A stretch of DNA of 62,672 nt from positions 1 through 62,672 of the IMG/VR virus record IMGVR_UViG_3300037991_004971; one strand, given 5' to 3'. The translations under genes were made by a program, and so were the position numbers. Of the stretch, positions 1-8,196 are shown piece by piece; within the stretch, counting starts at the first letter, position 1, and each line of letters begins with the position of its first letter. Origin of the DNA: a virus (Duplodnaviria; Caudoviricetes). The notes beneath the pieces were generated by a model. It made no database searches and was not told where the DNA came from. It worked only from the letters and a program-made list of their open reading frames with translations.

Positions 1-944
1 AACTTCATCTTGTCTTCCAATCGGTCAACAAGTTCTACGTCAACGATGTTGTATTCAATAAACTTCTGCCACCCTTTGGTATAGAAATCCTTAAAAGTAT
101 CAAATTCAGAGTGATCAAGTTTCTTTTGACCCAACTCCACCTCAGCTATGTAGTCTAGACGATAAGATTCTTGTGCCTTGTAAGTAAACTTCTTGTACAA
201 GTCAAGATAATCTAATTGAGTCAATCCACCTACATCAAAAGTGATGTGCTTTCTACCTTTAACAAATATTTCTCCCTCGGTAACAAGACCCCAGTTGGAG
301 AAACGCTTCATCAACTTCTCCCCAAGCACCCTATTGAGGCGCTTACAGATATACGGAATATCGAACAGTTGAATATTCCATCCAGTCACCACATCAGGAA
401 CATCTTGCATCCAGTGATTGATGAAGTGATTCAGTAGTTCATGTTCAGTATGACAATGATGATATGTGACATTCTCTTGCTTGTTTGCAAAAGGTTTTAC
501 ACCCCAAGTAATAATCTTCTTGGTGGTATAGTCCTGAATAGTAATCGCAAGAATCTCTTCCTGGGCAGATTCAACATCAGGAAATCCGTATTCAGCAGTA
601 GTCTCAATATCAAGAGTTACCAGTTTGATTTGACTGATATCAAACTTGATTTCATCCTCAGGATACTTTTCTGAAATATATTGATAGATGTATCGATCAT
701 TGCCATAGATTTCAAATCCATCAACTTCATCATATTTTTTGTAGAAGTCACGACAATCCCGAACTGTTCCAGGATGTACTTTATCTACAGAATCACCGTT
801 CAGTGTTCTAAACTTTGTTTTCTTTTTTGATTTGACAAAAAGTGTCGGGAAAAACTCATCCCGATATTCTTTTCTTACTCCATTTTCAACTTCACGAACA
901 AGAACTTGATTACCAATTAGTTGAACATTAGTGTAAAACTTCAT
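1..944 (-). CDS. gp43: DNA polymerase gp43 (family B), N-terminal part; truncated at window edge
   Basis: Manually translated from ATG at 944: MKFYTNVQLIGNQVLVRE...LDIETTAE (ExoI)...TGWNIQLFDIPY (ExoII)...SYRLDYIAEVELG...IEYNIVDV (ExoIII). The frame is open to position 1. Not in the ORF track. Confidence 0.97.
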   Translation of the reverse strand, partial: MKFYTNVQLIGNQVLVREVENGVRKEYRDEFFPTLFVKSKKKTKFRTLNGDSVDKVHPGTVRDCRDFYKKYDEVDGFEIYGNDRYIYQYISEKYPEDEIKFDISQIKLVTLDIETTAEYGFPDVESAQEEILAITIQDYTTKKIITWGVKPFANKQENVTYHHCHTEHELLNHFINHWMQDVPDVVTGWNIQLFDIPYICKRLNRVLGEKLMKRFSNWGLVTEGEIFVKGRKHITFDVGGLTQLDYLDLYKKFTYKAQESYRLDYIAEVELGQKKLDHSEFDTFKDFYTKGWQKFIEYNIVDVELVDRLEDKMK

Positions 945-1174
945 TCGTCGTCATCGTTAAAAAAGGAACCAAACATACCGCTACTTCCAGGATCGCGATT
1001 ATCAATCATATCCATGATTTCATCAAACTTTTTAGTTTGCTCCATATTCATTAAGATATCCGATAGTTGCTTAACAACCAGTGGTTTTTCATTTACTGCA
1101 GCAGACTTAATTGCTGCTCGGATATGAGACTCCGCTTCAAGTAAATGTTCTAGAGTACTTTTTGATAGTGCCAT
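941..1174 (-). CDS. Conserved cyanophage hypothetical protein (77 aa)
   Basis: Its stop overlaps the gp43 start (ATGA); helical, with an acidic tail. Confidence 0.75.
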   Translation of the reverse strand: MALSKSTLEHLLEAESHIRAAIKSAAVNEKPLVVKQLSDILMNMEQTKKFDEIMDMIDNRDPGSSGMFGSFFNDDDE

Positions 1175-1428
1175 TACTTTGTTAGTTCCTCGTATTTTTC
1201 AATAACCTCTGGTAGTGGATCAGCGATTGTAAGAATGTCATCTGATCTTAGCATATATTCTTCCTGATTGGAAGCAGGAATCCAAGGTTTCATATCATCA
1301 ATAGAATTGAAAAGATATGGTTTAATTAGACGGCAATCTGGTTCACCAGGTTCTGCCATCACTTCTTCAACTTCGCAGATAAGAACTTTATCAATATCTA
1401 CCAAGACACATTTAATCGACATTTTCAT
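1174..1428 (-). CDS. Hypothetical protein, possible Sm-like beta fold
   Basis: Coupled ORF with the pattern VLICEVEE...PW...ILTIADP, shared with 1412-1744, 12108-12425 and 26165-26581. Confidence 0.75.
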   Translation of the reverse strand: MKMSIKCVLVDIDKVLICEVEEVMAEPGEPDCRLIKPYLFNSIDDMKPWIPASNQEEYMLRSDDILTIADPLPEVIEKYEELTK

Positions 1429-1744
1429 CCTCCGTATTTTCTACTTTTGGTTTAACTCTTTCCATATCATCAACATACATCTTAGCGATGTCATCGATGG
1501 GATCCACAATAGTAACAACCCAATCAGTAGGAATCATCATTTTTTGTTCCTTACTAATCATAATCCAAGGTCTAAAGATAATATCAATTTCTTTATTTGA
1601 ACTATCTTTAGAATTGGTAATTACAATATGGGGCAAATCCAAAACATAACCGTATGGTGTTGTTTGATTTTCGTCAGATACCAACTCTTTTGCATCAGAG
1701 ATTAGCATCTCCCCAGACTTGAGAAGTAGTAGTTTTACTGCCAT
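1412..1744 (-). CDS. Conserved cyanophage hypothetical protein, possible Sm-like fold
   Basis: KLLLLKSGEMLIS...FRPWI...WVVTIVDP; typical position upstream of gp43. Confidence 0.8.
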   Translation of the reverse strand: MAVKLLLLKSGEMLISDAKELVSDENQTTPYGYVLDLPHIVITNSKDSSNKEIDIIFRPWIMISKEQKMMIPTDWVVTIVDPIDDIAKMYVDDMERVKPKVENTEDENVD

Positions 1745-1748
1745 TGAA

Positions 1749-1774
1749 TCGCTTTAATCATACTAATTATACCA
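1749..1774. repeat. Direct repeat copy 1 (25/26 identical to 2331-2356); contains an extended -10 (TGGTATAAT) on the minus strand
   Basis: TCGCTTTAATCATACTAATTATACCA versus TCGCTTTCATCATACTAATTATACCA; the two copies flank the oxygenase gene. Confidence 0.9.
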
Positions 1775-2327
1775 CAACTTGATGATATGTAAATGCCACA
1801 GATATTCTAGGTAAGTTGCATAATCTACCTGGTGGCAAACCTTGATGCTCTAACCATGCAGGAATAAGAACACCATTATTTGGAAGATATGAAACATATG
1901 AATAATTACCTTCACCATTCTCAATTACAAATTCTCCTCCCCAATTAATATCCCAAGTTTCATTACAAAATATAATTAAAGTCCATACTGACTCTGTCGA
2001 TGAATCCTTATGGAAGGATGAATTTTGACCGAAGAACTGTATGTTGGTATTAACTCTTTTTAACTCAATTTTTTTTCGTAATATTTTTTCTACATGGAGT
2101 TTTAATCTGGATCCAATGTTCAGAAGAATCAAATTATCTCCAAGAGAATGACCATAATTAGGTTTTTTAAGTCTCCCTCTTAGCGGATAACTAGAATCTT
2201 CTTGTCGTTCTTTTTTATTAAAATCCCATTGATTATAATAAAATTCGTCTTGAATTTGATAAAATTCTTTAACAGACAAAATGTCCTTTAGAATAATTAT
2301 TTCATCTAGTGACTGTTTTATTTTCAC
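1767..2327 (-). CDS. 2OG-Fe(II) oxygenase (prolyl-4-hydroxylase-like)
   Basis: HKD...WDINWGGEF...PNNGVLIP...H...RISVAF: HxD...H triad plus the 2OG-binding RxS. Confidence 0.88.
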   Translation of the reverse strand: MKIKQSLDEIIILKDILSVKEFYQIQDEFYYNQWDFNKKERQEDSSYPLRGRLKKPNYGHSLGDNLILLNIGSRLKLHVEKILRKKIELKRVNTNIQFFGQNSSFHKDSSTESVWTLIIFCNETWDINWGGEFVIENGEGNYSYVSYLPNNGVLIPAWLEHQGLPPGRLCNLPRISVAFTYHQVVV

Positions 2328-2330
2328 AGT

Positions 2331-2356
2331 TCGCTTTCATCATACTAATTATACCA
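2331..2356 (-). promoter_or_regulatory. Extended -10 sigma70-type (early) promoter; direct repeat copy 2
   Basis: The minus strand reads TGGTATAATTAGTATGATGAAAGCGA just upstream of the oxygenase start. Confidence 0.65.
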
Positions 2357-2365
2357 TGAATTCAG

Positions 2366-2530
2366 TTACTCGTCATCATCATAATCATAGGTCAACCTAC
2401 TATCCCAAAATTCATCATCCCACTCTGGTTCATACAATGGACAAGGCTCTTCAAATAAATGTCCAATCCTTAATTGATGGATTCTTTCTCTTAGGGATTT
2501 GTAAAACTCTCTCTTTTCGTCTGAGTTCAT
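2366..2530 (-). CDS. Small acidic hypothetical protein (54 aa)
   Basis: Manual translation MNSDEKREFYKSLRERIHQLRIGHLFEEPCPLYEPEWDDEFWDSRLTYDYDDDE; ATGA overlap with the upstream gene. Confidence 0.7.
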   Translation of the reverse strand: MNSDEKREFYKSLRERIHQLRIGHLFEEPCPLYEPEWDDEFWDSRLTYDYDDDE

Positions 2531-2703
2531 TTACCTTTGATTACCTTTTCTAATTGTTTGCGTGTTTTGGCGGACCTTTCTTTTTCGCGTTCAGTATGTT
2601 TGTAACCATACTTTCCAGAACTAATAAAGTATCCTTGACAAATCATAGTAACTCCAAAAAGTAATGCTAAAACAACACTAATCCACTCCAGAGTATTATC
2701 CAT
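2527..2703 (-). CDS. Small single-TM membrane protein (58 aa)
   Basis: MDNTLEWISVVLALLFGVTMICQGYFI plus a basic tail. The ATG at 2703, just after the zwf stop, is preferred to the track start at 2727. Confidence 0.7.
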   Translation of the reverse strand: MDNTLEWISVVLALLFGVTMICQGYFISSGKYGYKHTEREKERSAKTRKQLEKVIKGK

Positions 2704-2708
2704 GGGTT

Positions 2709-4055
2709 TTATGCAGGAAAATCCCAACTAGTAATCTTTTCAACTTTAGTTATTGGACCCCAAGATCCAGAGTTATACCTATATGGAATAGTATTAATAG
2801 GACATTCCTCACCAGTGCAAAGAAGGTCTTCTACAATTCTCCAGGACTCCATGACTTCGTCTGAGTGTACAAAGTGCGATTGATTACCAAATATAGCATC
2901 ATAAAGGAGTTTCTCATATCCATCGATTGCTCTTTCCTGCGGATAATTGTGGGTGAGAGTGGCGAGTTCCAATTGATCTGATAGCCCTGGGGACTTAATA
3001 TCCATCCTAATGTCAAGATGAGGGTTAGGCTGTAAGCGCATAACAATGCGGTCTTTAGTTTCTCCATCATATAATTGTAGAGGTGGTGATTTAAGTTTGA
3101 TGACTACTTCTACACATTGGTATGGCATTTTCTTGCCAGTCATTACACGAAAAGGAACTCCCTCCCAACGCCAGTTATCGACATAAAGAGAACCAGCAAC
3201 GAAGGTAGGAGTGCGACTGTAAGGATCAACACCCTCCTCATTATTATATTCTTCGTATTGTCCACAGACCAAATCCTCCCCTAGACGAGTAGCAGCAAGA
3301 ACTTTTGTTTTTTCTCTACGAACTTCCTTAGCATTCATTTTGCTAGGAGGTTCCATCGCAATAAGTGCAAGAACCTGTAAGATATGATTCTGCAACATAT
3401 CTCTAACTGCACCAGCAGTTTCATAATATTGAGAACGACCTTCGCAACCAATAGTTTCGGTTGCATAGATTTGAATCTCTTCTATGTAATTGCGGTTCCA
3501 TAGAGGTTCCAGCAAAATATTACTAAACCGAGTAGCAAGTATGCTATTAACAGTATCTTTGCCAAGATAATGGTCAATGCGATATACCTGTTTCTCGCGT
3601 AAATGTCTCCCAACCACTGACTGTAAATGATTAGCAGATTGATAATCGTGCCCAAAGGGTTTTTCAATAACCACACGGGATGTTTCTGCGTCATTTAATC
3701 TACCTGTTTTTTTAAGGTTGACAATTGCATTTTCATATCTTTCTGGAGGTACAGATAAGAAATAAGTTACATCATCATGTTCTGGTAGATTTTGTAATGT
3801 ATCAATATTAGATAAATCTGCACATTGATAATCCAAATGCCAAAGAAATTCTTCGGGATAATCACCCAAAGATTGTTTCCATTGTTCTGCTGTTGGTTCT
3901 CTCCTAGCAGCACCAGTAATAGTGAAGTTTTCTGGGAGAAGTCCTTTCTCCCAGAGTTTATGGAGAGCAGGTATTAGTTTTCTTTTACACAGATCTCCAG
4001 TGGCACCAAAAATAACTATACCCTTGGTATTAGTGGGCACATCCGTTTCCGTCAT
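2709..4055 (-). CDS. zwf: Glucose-6-phosphate 1-dehydrogenase (auxiliary metabolic gene)
   Basis: GATGDL Rossmann motif, EKPFG, RIDHYLGK active-site peptide, RDMLQNH. Start is uncertain (4055, 4079 or 4100). Confidence 0.98.
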   Translation of the reverse strand: MTETDVPTNTKGIVIFGATGDLCKRKLIPALHKLWEKGLLPENFTITGAARREPTAEQWKQSLGDYPEEFLWHLDYQCADLSNIDTLQNLPEHDDVTYFLSVPPERYENAIVNLKKTGRLNDAETSRVVIEKPFGHDYQSANHLQSVVGRHLREKQVYRIDHYLGKDTVNSILATRFSNILLEPLWNRNYIEEIQIYATETIGCEGRSQYYETAGAVRDMLQNHILQVLALIAMEPPSKMNAKEVRREKTKVLAATRLGEDLVCGQYEEYNNEEGVDPYSRTPTFVAGSLYVDNWRWEGVPFRVMTGKKMPYQCVEVVIKLKSPPLQLYDGETKDRIVMRLQPNPHLDIRMDIKSPGLSDQLELATLTHNYPQERAIDGYEKLLYDAIFGNQSHFVHSDEVMESWRIVEDLLCTGEECPINTIPYRYNSGSWGPITKVEKITSWDFPA

Positions 4056-4158
4056 ACTTGTCGCTATCGTAGTATACATTTTCACCTCTCCTAATTCCAA
4101 AGTATATGGTAGTTAGTACAAATGGTATTGCTATCCATTTAAGAACATCAGCGAACAT
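4030..4158 (-). CDS. ndhP: NdhP-like small subunit of cyanobacterial NDH-1L (42 aa); not in the ORF track
   Basis: MFADVLKWIAIPFVLTTIYFGIRRGENVYYDSDKYDGNGCAH: one TM helix, then FG...YYDSDxYxGNGxAH, matching the NdhP/Sml0013 C-terminal signature as I recall it (FGT.NGFYD.D.YHGNGSAH). Overlaps the gnd end and the zwf start. Confidence 0.88.
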   Translation of the reverse strand: MFADVLKWIAIPFVLTTIYFGIRRGENVYYDSDKYDGNGCAH

Positions 4159-5200
4159 CGTGACCCCCAAACATCGCTCTCATACCATTTAAAACCTTGG
4201 CTGCGAAAGCACCCAGACGGCGCGACTCAAAGCGCGACCACAAAGCACTAGAGATGACAGGAGAGGGTACGCCAAGATCCACAGCAGCGTGAACAGTCCA
4301 ACGCCCTTCACCAGAGTCTGATACTCCGCCATCGAATTTGCTAAGCTCTCTATCACCCCGTAGAACATCAGCGGTAAGATCGAGCAACCAACTACCAACC
4401 ACAGAACCACGACGCCATAACTCAGCCACTTCAGCGCAGTCAATATCATACTGATAATCTTCTGGATTCTCCATAGGAGCAACCTCAGCATCGCCCGCTT
4501 TAATGTAAGCTGACCCAGCATTAGCTTCATGCAGGATATTAAAGCCTTCGGCGTAGGCTTGCATGATTCCATACTCTACTCCGTTATGAACCATCTTTAC
4601 AAAGTGACCTGCACCTGGTGGTCCACAATGCAACCAACCATACTCAGCACTTGTTGCCCTTGTTGTTGGATCAGTTCTTGGTGCTGAACCAATCCCTGGT
4701 GCGAGTGCCCTAAAGATTGGAGCGCAGGTGGATACTGCAGTATTTGCACCACCAACCATAAGACAGTATCCACGCTCCAAACCGTAAACACCACCACTAG
4801 TACCGCAGTCAATATACGCGATGCCAAGTTTAGATAGCCGTTCTGCTCTGCGTCGAGAGTCCTTAAAATTGCTATTGCCATGATCAATAATAATATCGCC
4901 TTCCACACAAAGTGGTAATAGCTCATTGATAGTCTCCTCTACTAATTCTGCGGGGATGACAAGTTGGAAAATACCTGGTGCATTTAGATTCTCATCTTTA
5001 GTAAAAACACTTGCTTGTTTTCTTACTACTTGAACAAGGCTTTCCAAAGAATCTGCAGCTGCAGTAATATACCCACTCTTTGCTGCTTCTTGTGCCTTTG
5101 CATAGTTTCTACGATATCCATATACTTCAATACCTTCTTTAAGCATACGGCGAGACATTCCCTCACCCATACGCCCAAGACCAATCATTCCTACTTTCAT
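4148..5200 (-). CDS. gnd: 6-phosphogluconate dehydrogenase, short form (auxiliary metabolic gene)
   Basis: IGLGRMG, DCGTSGG, GHFVKMVHNGVEYG, DSGEGRW, C-terminal FGGH. Confidence 0.98.
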   Translation of the reverse strand: MKVGMIGLGRMGEGMSRRMLKEGIEVYGYRRNYAKAQEAAKSGYITAAADSLESLVQVVRKQASVFTKDENLNAPGIFQLVIPAELVEETINELLPLCVEGDIIIDHGNSNFKDSRRRAERLSKLGIAYIDCGTSGGVYGLERGYCLMVGGANTAVSTCAPIFRALAPGIGSAPRTDPTTRATSAEYGWLHCGPPGAGHFVKMVHNGVEYGIMQAYAEGFNILHEANAGSAYIKAGDAEVAPMENPEDYQYDIDCAEVAELWRRGSVVGSWLLDLTADVLRGDRELSKFDGGVSDSGEGRWTVHAAVDLGVPSPVISSALWSRFESRRLGAFAAKVLNGMRAMFGGHDVR

Positions 5201-5367
5201 AGCACCCTCCCAGGAATATAATCAACTTCTTCTAGTACTTCATTGAGAAGCAATTCATAATCTTTAAACATTCTGTCACCTGCTATAAAGCATCTTTGGC
5301 GTCTCCAGAGTGCTTCAGCAAGCATTCTCCGTTCTCTTTCAGTAAAATCTTGGAATCTTTTATCCAT
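5197..5367 (-). CDS. Small hypothetical protein (56 aa)
   Basis: Manual translation MDKRFQDFTERERRMLAEALWRRQRCFIAGDRMFKDYELLLNEVLEEVDYIPGRVL. It fills the gap exactly, overlaps the gnd start (ATGA) and carries the GGAGG RBS of gnd. Confidence 0.75.
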   Translation of the reverse strand: MDKRFQDFTERERRMLAEALWRRQRCFIAGDRMFKDYELLLNEVLEEVDYIPGRVL

Positions 5368-5603
5368 TAATTACTTACCTCTTTTTGAAAATAATCTGGT
5401 AGTGGACATCCTTTAAATTTGTCAATTTCATTTACTGACAATACAAACATAGTAACAAATCCGAGGCAGAATGCGAAAAGCATTTGAGGAAAATTATAGT
5501 TCCCCATATAAGCAGTAGGATCAGGTTCATCATCGTGAGGATGAATCATTCTTGAAATCTTTTCTACTTCTTTCTTTCGTTCTTCCTCGGATTTCTTTTT
5601 CAT
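5367..5603 (-). CDS. Single-TM hypothetical protein (78 aa)
   Basis: Hydrophobic segment MLFAFCLGFVTMFVLSV; abuts both neighbours. Confidence 0.75.
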   Translation of the reverse strand: MKKKSEEERKKEVEKISRMIHPHDDEPDPTAYMGNYNFPQMLFAFCLGFVTMFVLSVNEIDKFKGCPLPDYFQKEVSN

Positions 5604-5604
5604 G

Positions 5605-5688
5605 TTAACCTCGGTATCTACCAGGCCATGATAATTGCATTGCAGAAATTAACAACAACATGTAGACAAATACGAACAATGTTGTCAT
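5605..5688 (-). CDS. Hydrophobic microprotein (27 aa)
   Basis: MTTLFVFVYMLLLISAMQLSWPGRYRG; its 3' end supplies the GAGG RBS for the next gene. Confidence 0.55.
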   Translation of the reverse strand: MTTLFVFVYMLLLISAMQLSWPGRYRG

Positions 5689-5741
5689 ATCAACACAATC
5701 GTTTTTAATTAACTAAAGTATATATTACTATGCATTTTTTA

Positions 5742-6392
5742 TTATTCTCTTTCTTGTGCTGTTTTCCAGAAATAACTTTCTTGATCTCCTAGACCCATAC
5801 GATCATATCCATTCTCAACCTGATAATACTCAGTAGATACTTTAAAATCAGGAATTTTTGGATTCTCTGGAGTTAAACTATTATCATAAATCCGAGTTCT
5901 ATTATTTGGATAAAGAGCATATTGCCCATTGACCAATTCAATCAGATTGTGTGACTTATGTTCTGCTGGATTCTCTGAAGTTGCATAGTCAACTGTATCA
6001 GGATCTTGATGATAATTATCAATGGTACAAATGTAAGTACCTTTCATAGTTCCATGATCTCTGGTGTAGACCTCATAATCCATACCACCAATAAACTGTT
6101 TAGTTACAGCAACTACACCATAATCCATACAGTTCCAGAACTGAAGATTCTGCAAACTCATATCAGGATCTGGTTTCTTCGGTTCAGATAAAAATGCACT
6201 GATAGGTAGTTTATCGTACATTGCAGCATACTCTGGAAGGTAGGTTTCAAAATAAAATGCCCTTCCAGGAATCGACTTAGCCGAAACCCAGACACCTTTT
6301 ACATATTCACCCCAACCAGACTGATGATCGGTTAGATATTCTTTCCGTACCCAAACTTCAACTGAGGGTAGATTACAAATTAAAGCAGCCAT
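5742..6392 (-). CDS. Conserved phage hypothetical protein (216 aa)
   Basis: Long ORF starting 3 nt after the ndhD stop; MAALICNLP...YDKLPISAF...LQFWNC...HKSHN...YPNNR, a family of unknown function. Confidence 0.85.
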   Translation of the reverse strand: MAALICNLPSVEVWVRKEYLTDHQSGWGEYVKGVWVSAKSIPGRAFYFETYLPEYAAMYDKLPISAFLSEPKKPDPDMSLQNLQFWNCMDYGVVAVTKQFIGGMDYEVYTRDHGTMKGTYICTIDNYHQDPDTVDYATSENPAEHKSHNLIELVNGQYALYPNNRTRIYDNSLTPENPKIPDFKVSTEYYQVENGYDRMGLGDQESYFWKTAQERE

Positions 6393-6395
6393 ATT

Positions 6396-7931
6396 TTATA
6401 CTGTAGGTGGTGTAAATGAATGAACTAAATGTGGACGAACTAGTGCTGCTTTATCGCGAGCAACTAGAGCATCAATTGAACTTTTGTATGTATCAGACAT
6501 AATTCTGGGATATAGTCCAATAGCAATAATGGGAACAAGTAGAGCACTCACAATGTAAACTTCACGAGGCTCTGCATCTACTAAATTGGTATGGGAAACA
6601 AGTTCTTTGTTCGGAGAACCATAAAAAATCTCACGCAACATAGAAAGCAAATAAATTGGAGTAAGAATAACCCCAATTGCTGCAATAGCACACATCGTTA
6701 TACGGAATGAAAGTGCATATACCGTATCAGTTGCAAATCCAGCAAAGACCATCAACTCACTCACAAATCCACTCATTCCAGGAAGTGCTAGTGATGCCAT
6801 AGAACACATTGTCCAAAGTGCAAACATAACTTTCATGTTTTGACCGACACCACCCATCTCATCCAACTGAAGAGTATGAGTTCTATCATAGGTAGCACCC
6901 ACTAGGAAGAATAGTGATGCACCAATCAGACCATGACTAATCATCTGAAGCATTGCACCACTCGTTCCGAGAGCACTATAACTACCGATGCCAATGAGAA
7001 CAAATCCCATATGACTGATTGAACTATAAGCAATCTTTCGTTTAAGATTCCTCTGTGCAAATGATGTCAATGCTGCATAAATGATATTTACAGCACCTAA
7101 TACAATAAGGATAGGTGCAAATATCTTATGTGCTTCTGGAAGAAGTTGACAGTTAAATCGCAGGAGAGCATATCCACCCATCTTGAGTAGAATACCTGCC
7201 AACAGCATGTGAACTGGTGCTGTTGCCTCTCCATGGGCATCAGGCAACCAGGTATGGAATGGAACGATTGGTAGTTTAACACCAAAAGCAATTAAGAATG
7301 CTGCATAGCACCAAATCTGAAAGTTCTCTGGAAACCCTTGTTGCTGCAGATAAGTGTATTCAAAATTAGCAGTACCAGTCCAGAATCCCATTGCTAGGGC
7401 AGCAAGAAGAATGAATAGGGAACTACCTGCAGTATAGAGAATAAATTTTGTTGCTGCATATTGGCGCTTCTTACCACCCCAAATAGCAATCATCATGTAG
7501 ACGGGAATAAGTTCTAATTCCCAGGATAGGAAGAACAAGATAAGATCCTGTACTGCAAAGACCATAATCTGTCCACCATCCATCAGAAGAAGAAAAAAGT
7601 AAAACAGTTTTGGTTTGAATGTAACTGGCCAAGCAGCAAGTGCTGCCAAACTTGTAATAAAACTAGAAAGTAAAATGAGAGGCATTGAAAGTCCATCAGC
7701 ACCTACAGACCAGGTAAGACCTAGTTGTGGAACCCATGAATATCTTTCTGCCATTTGCAGACCACTAATATCAGGATCATATCCATTCAAATATCCTGCT
7801 ACTGTGATTAAAAAAGTAATTAGAGTAACGCCAAGTGAATACCACTTGACTACTTTGTTTCCCTCAGGAAGAAAAAAGATTCCAACTGCACATACAATCG
7901 GAAACAATATAGCAAGACTCAACCAAGGCAT
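6396..7931 (-). CDS. ndhD: NAD(P)H-quinone oxidoreductase subunit 4 (NdhD1/D2-type antiporter-like NDH-1 subunit)
   Basis: 511 aa with about 14 TM helices; FFLSWELELIP, KLPIVPFHTWLPDAHGEA, LLKMGGY, IAYSSISHMG, LALPGMSGFVSE. The N-terminus resembles picocyanobacterial NdhD1. Confidence 0.97.
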   Translation of the reverse strand: MPWLSLAILFPIVCAVGIFFLPEGNKVVKWYSLGVTLITFLITVAGYLNGYDPDISGLQMAERYSWVPQLGLTWSVGADGLSMPLILLSSFITSLAALAAWPVTFKPKLFYFFLLLMDGGQIMVFAVQDLILFFLSWELELIPVYMMIAIWGGKKRQYAATKFILYTAGSSLFILLAALAMGFWTGTANFEYTYLQQQGFPENFQIWCYAAFLIAFGVKLPIVPFHTWLPDAHGEATAPVHMLLAGILLKMGGYALLRFNCQLLPEAHKIFAPILIVLGAVNIIYAALTSFAQRNLKRKIAYSSISHMGFVLIGIGSYSALGTSGAMLQMISHGLIGASLFFLVGATYDRTHTLQLDEMGGVGQNMKVMFALWTMCSMASLALPGMSGFVSELMVFAGFATDTVYALSFRITMCAIAAIGVILTPIYLLSMLREIFYGSPNKELVSHTNLVDAEPREVYIVSALLVPIIAIGLYPRIMSDTYKSSIDALVARDKAALVRPHLVHSFTPPTV

Positions 7932-7953
7932 ATTATAACAATAGAGTCAATAT

Positions 7954-7982
7954 ATTTTAACATAAAAAAAGAGGGGTTGCAA
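7954..7982 (-). promoter_or_regulatory. Sigma70-type early promoter for ndhD; its -35 lies inside the upstream hairpin
   Basis: Minus strand TTGCAA-N17-TAAAAT with a TG extension, about 22 nt upstream of the ndhD ATG. Confidence 0.6.
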
Positions 7983-8006
7983 CTGGATTTTGCCAGTTGC
8001 CCCCTC
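7964..8006 (-). terminator. Rho-independent terminator / long stem-loop
   Basis: GAGGGGGCAACTGG-CAAAAT-CCAGTTGCAACCCCTC followed by T7. Confidence 0.8.
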
Positions 8007-8033
8007 GCGGCGACGATATTCAGTTTTATTTAT

Positions 8034-8153
8034 TTACCAAGGAATTAATTCGTCAGGTTTGTCTTCGATTGGAATTGCTACTGGTTTAGGTGTAAGTGCA
8101 TATGCTCCGAAAGCTGATGCTGCGATTGTTGCAAAAATTGCTAGTATTGCCAT
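8034..8153 (-). CDS. Single-TM microprotein (39 aa)
   Basis: MAILAIFATIAASAFGAYALTPKPVAIPIEDKPDELIPW, translated manually. Confidence 0.6.
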   Translation of the reverse strand: MAILAIFATIAASAFGAYALTPKPVAIPIEDKPDELIPW

Positions 8154-8196
8154 TATAGTTTTGTAAAATTATAGATGTTTATACTTGGGGGGACTA

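Noticed and set aside
6396-7931. Host contamination or chimeric assembly explaining ndhD
   Set aside because: It is AT-rich like its phage neighbours, lies 3 nt from a phage ORF behind a phage-type promoter/terminator, and no host ndhF or other host neighbours are present. Read mapping would confirm this.
7964-8020. Assignment to a known cyanophage ncRNA motif (glnA, manA, wcaG, PhotoRC-II) or a tRNA
   Set aside because: I could not match the consensus features by eye and there is no cloverleaf or T-loop; an Infernal search would be needed.
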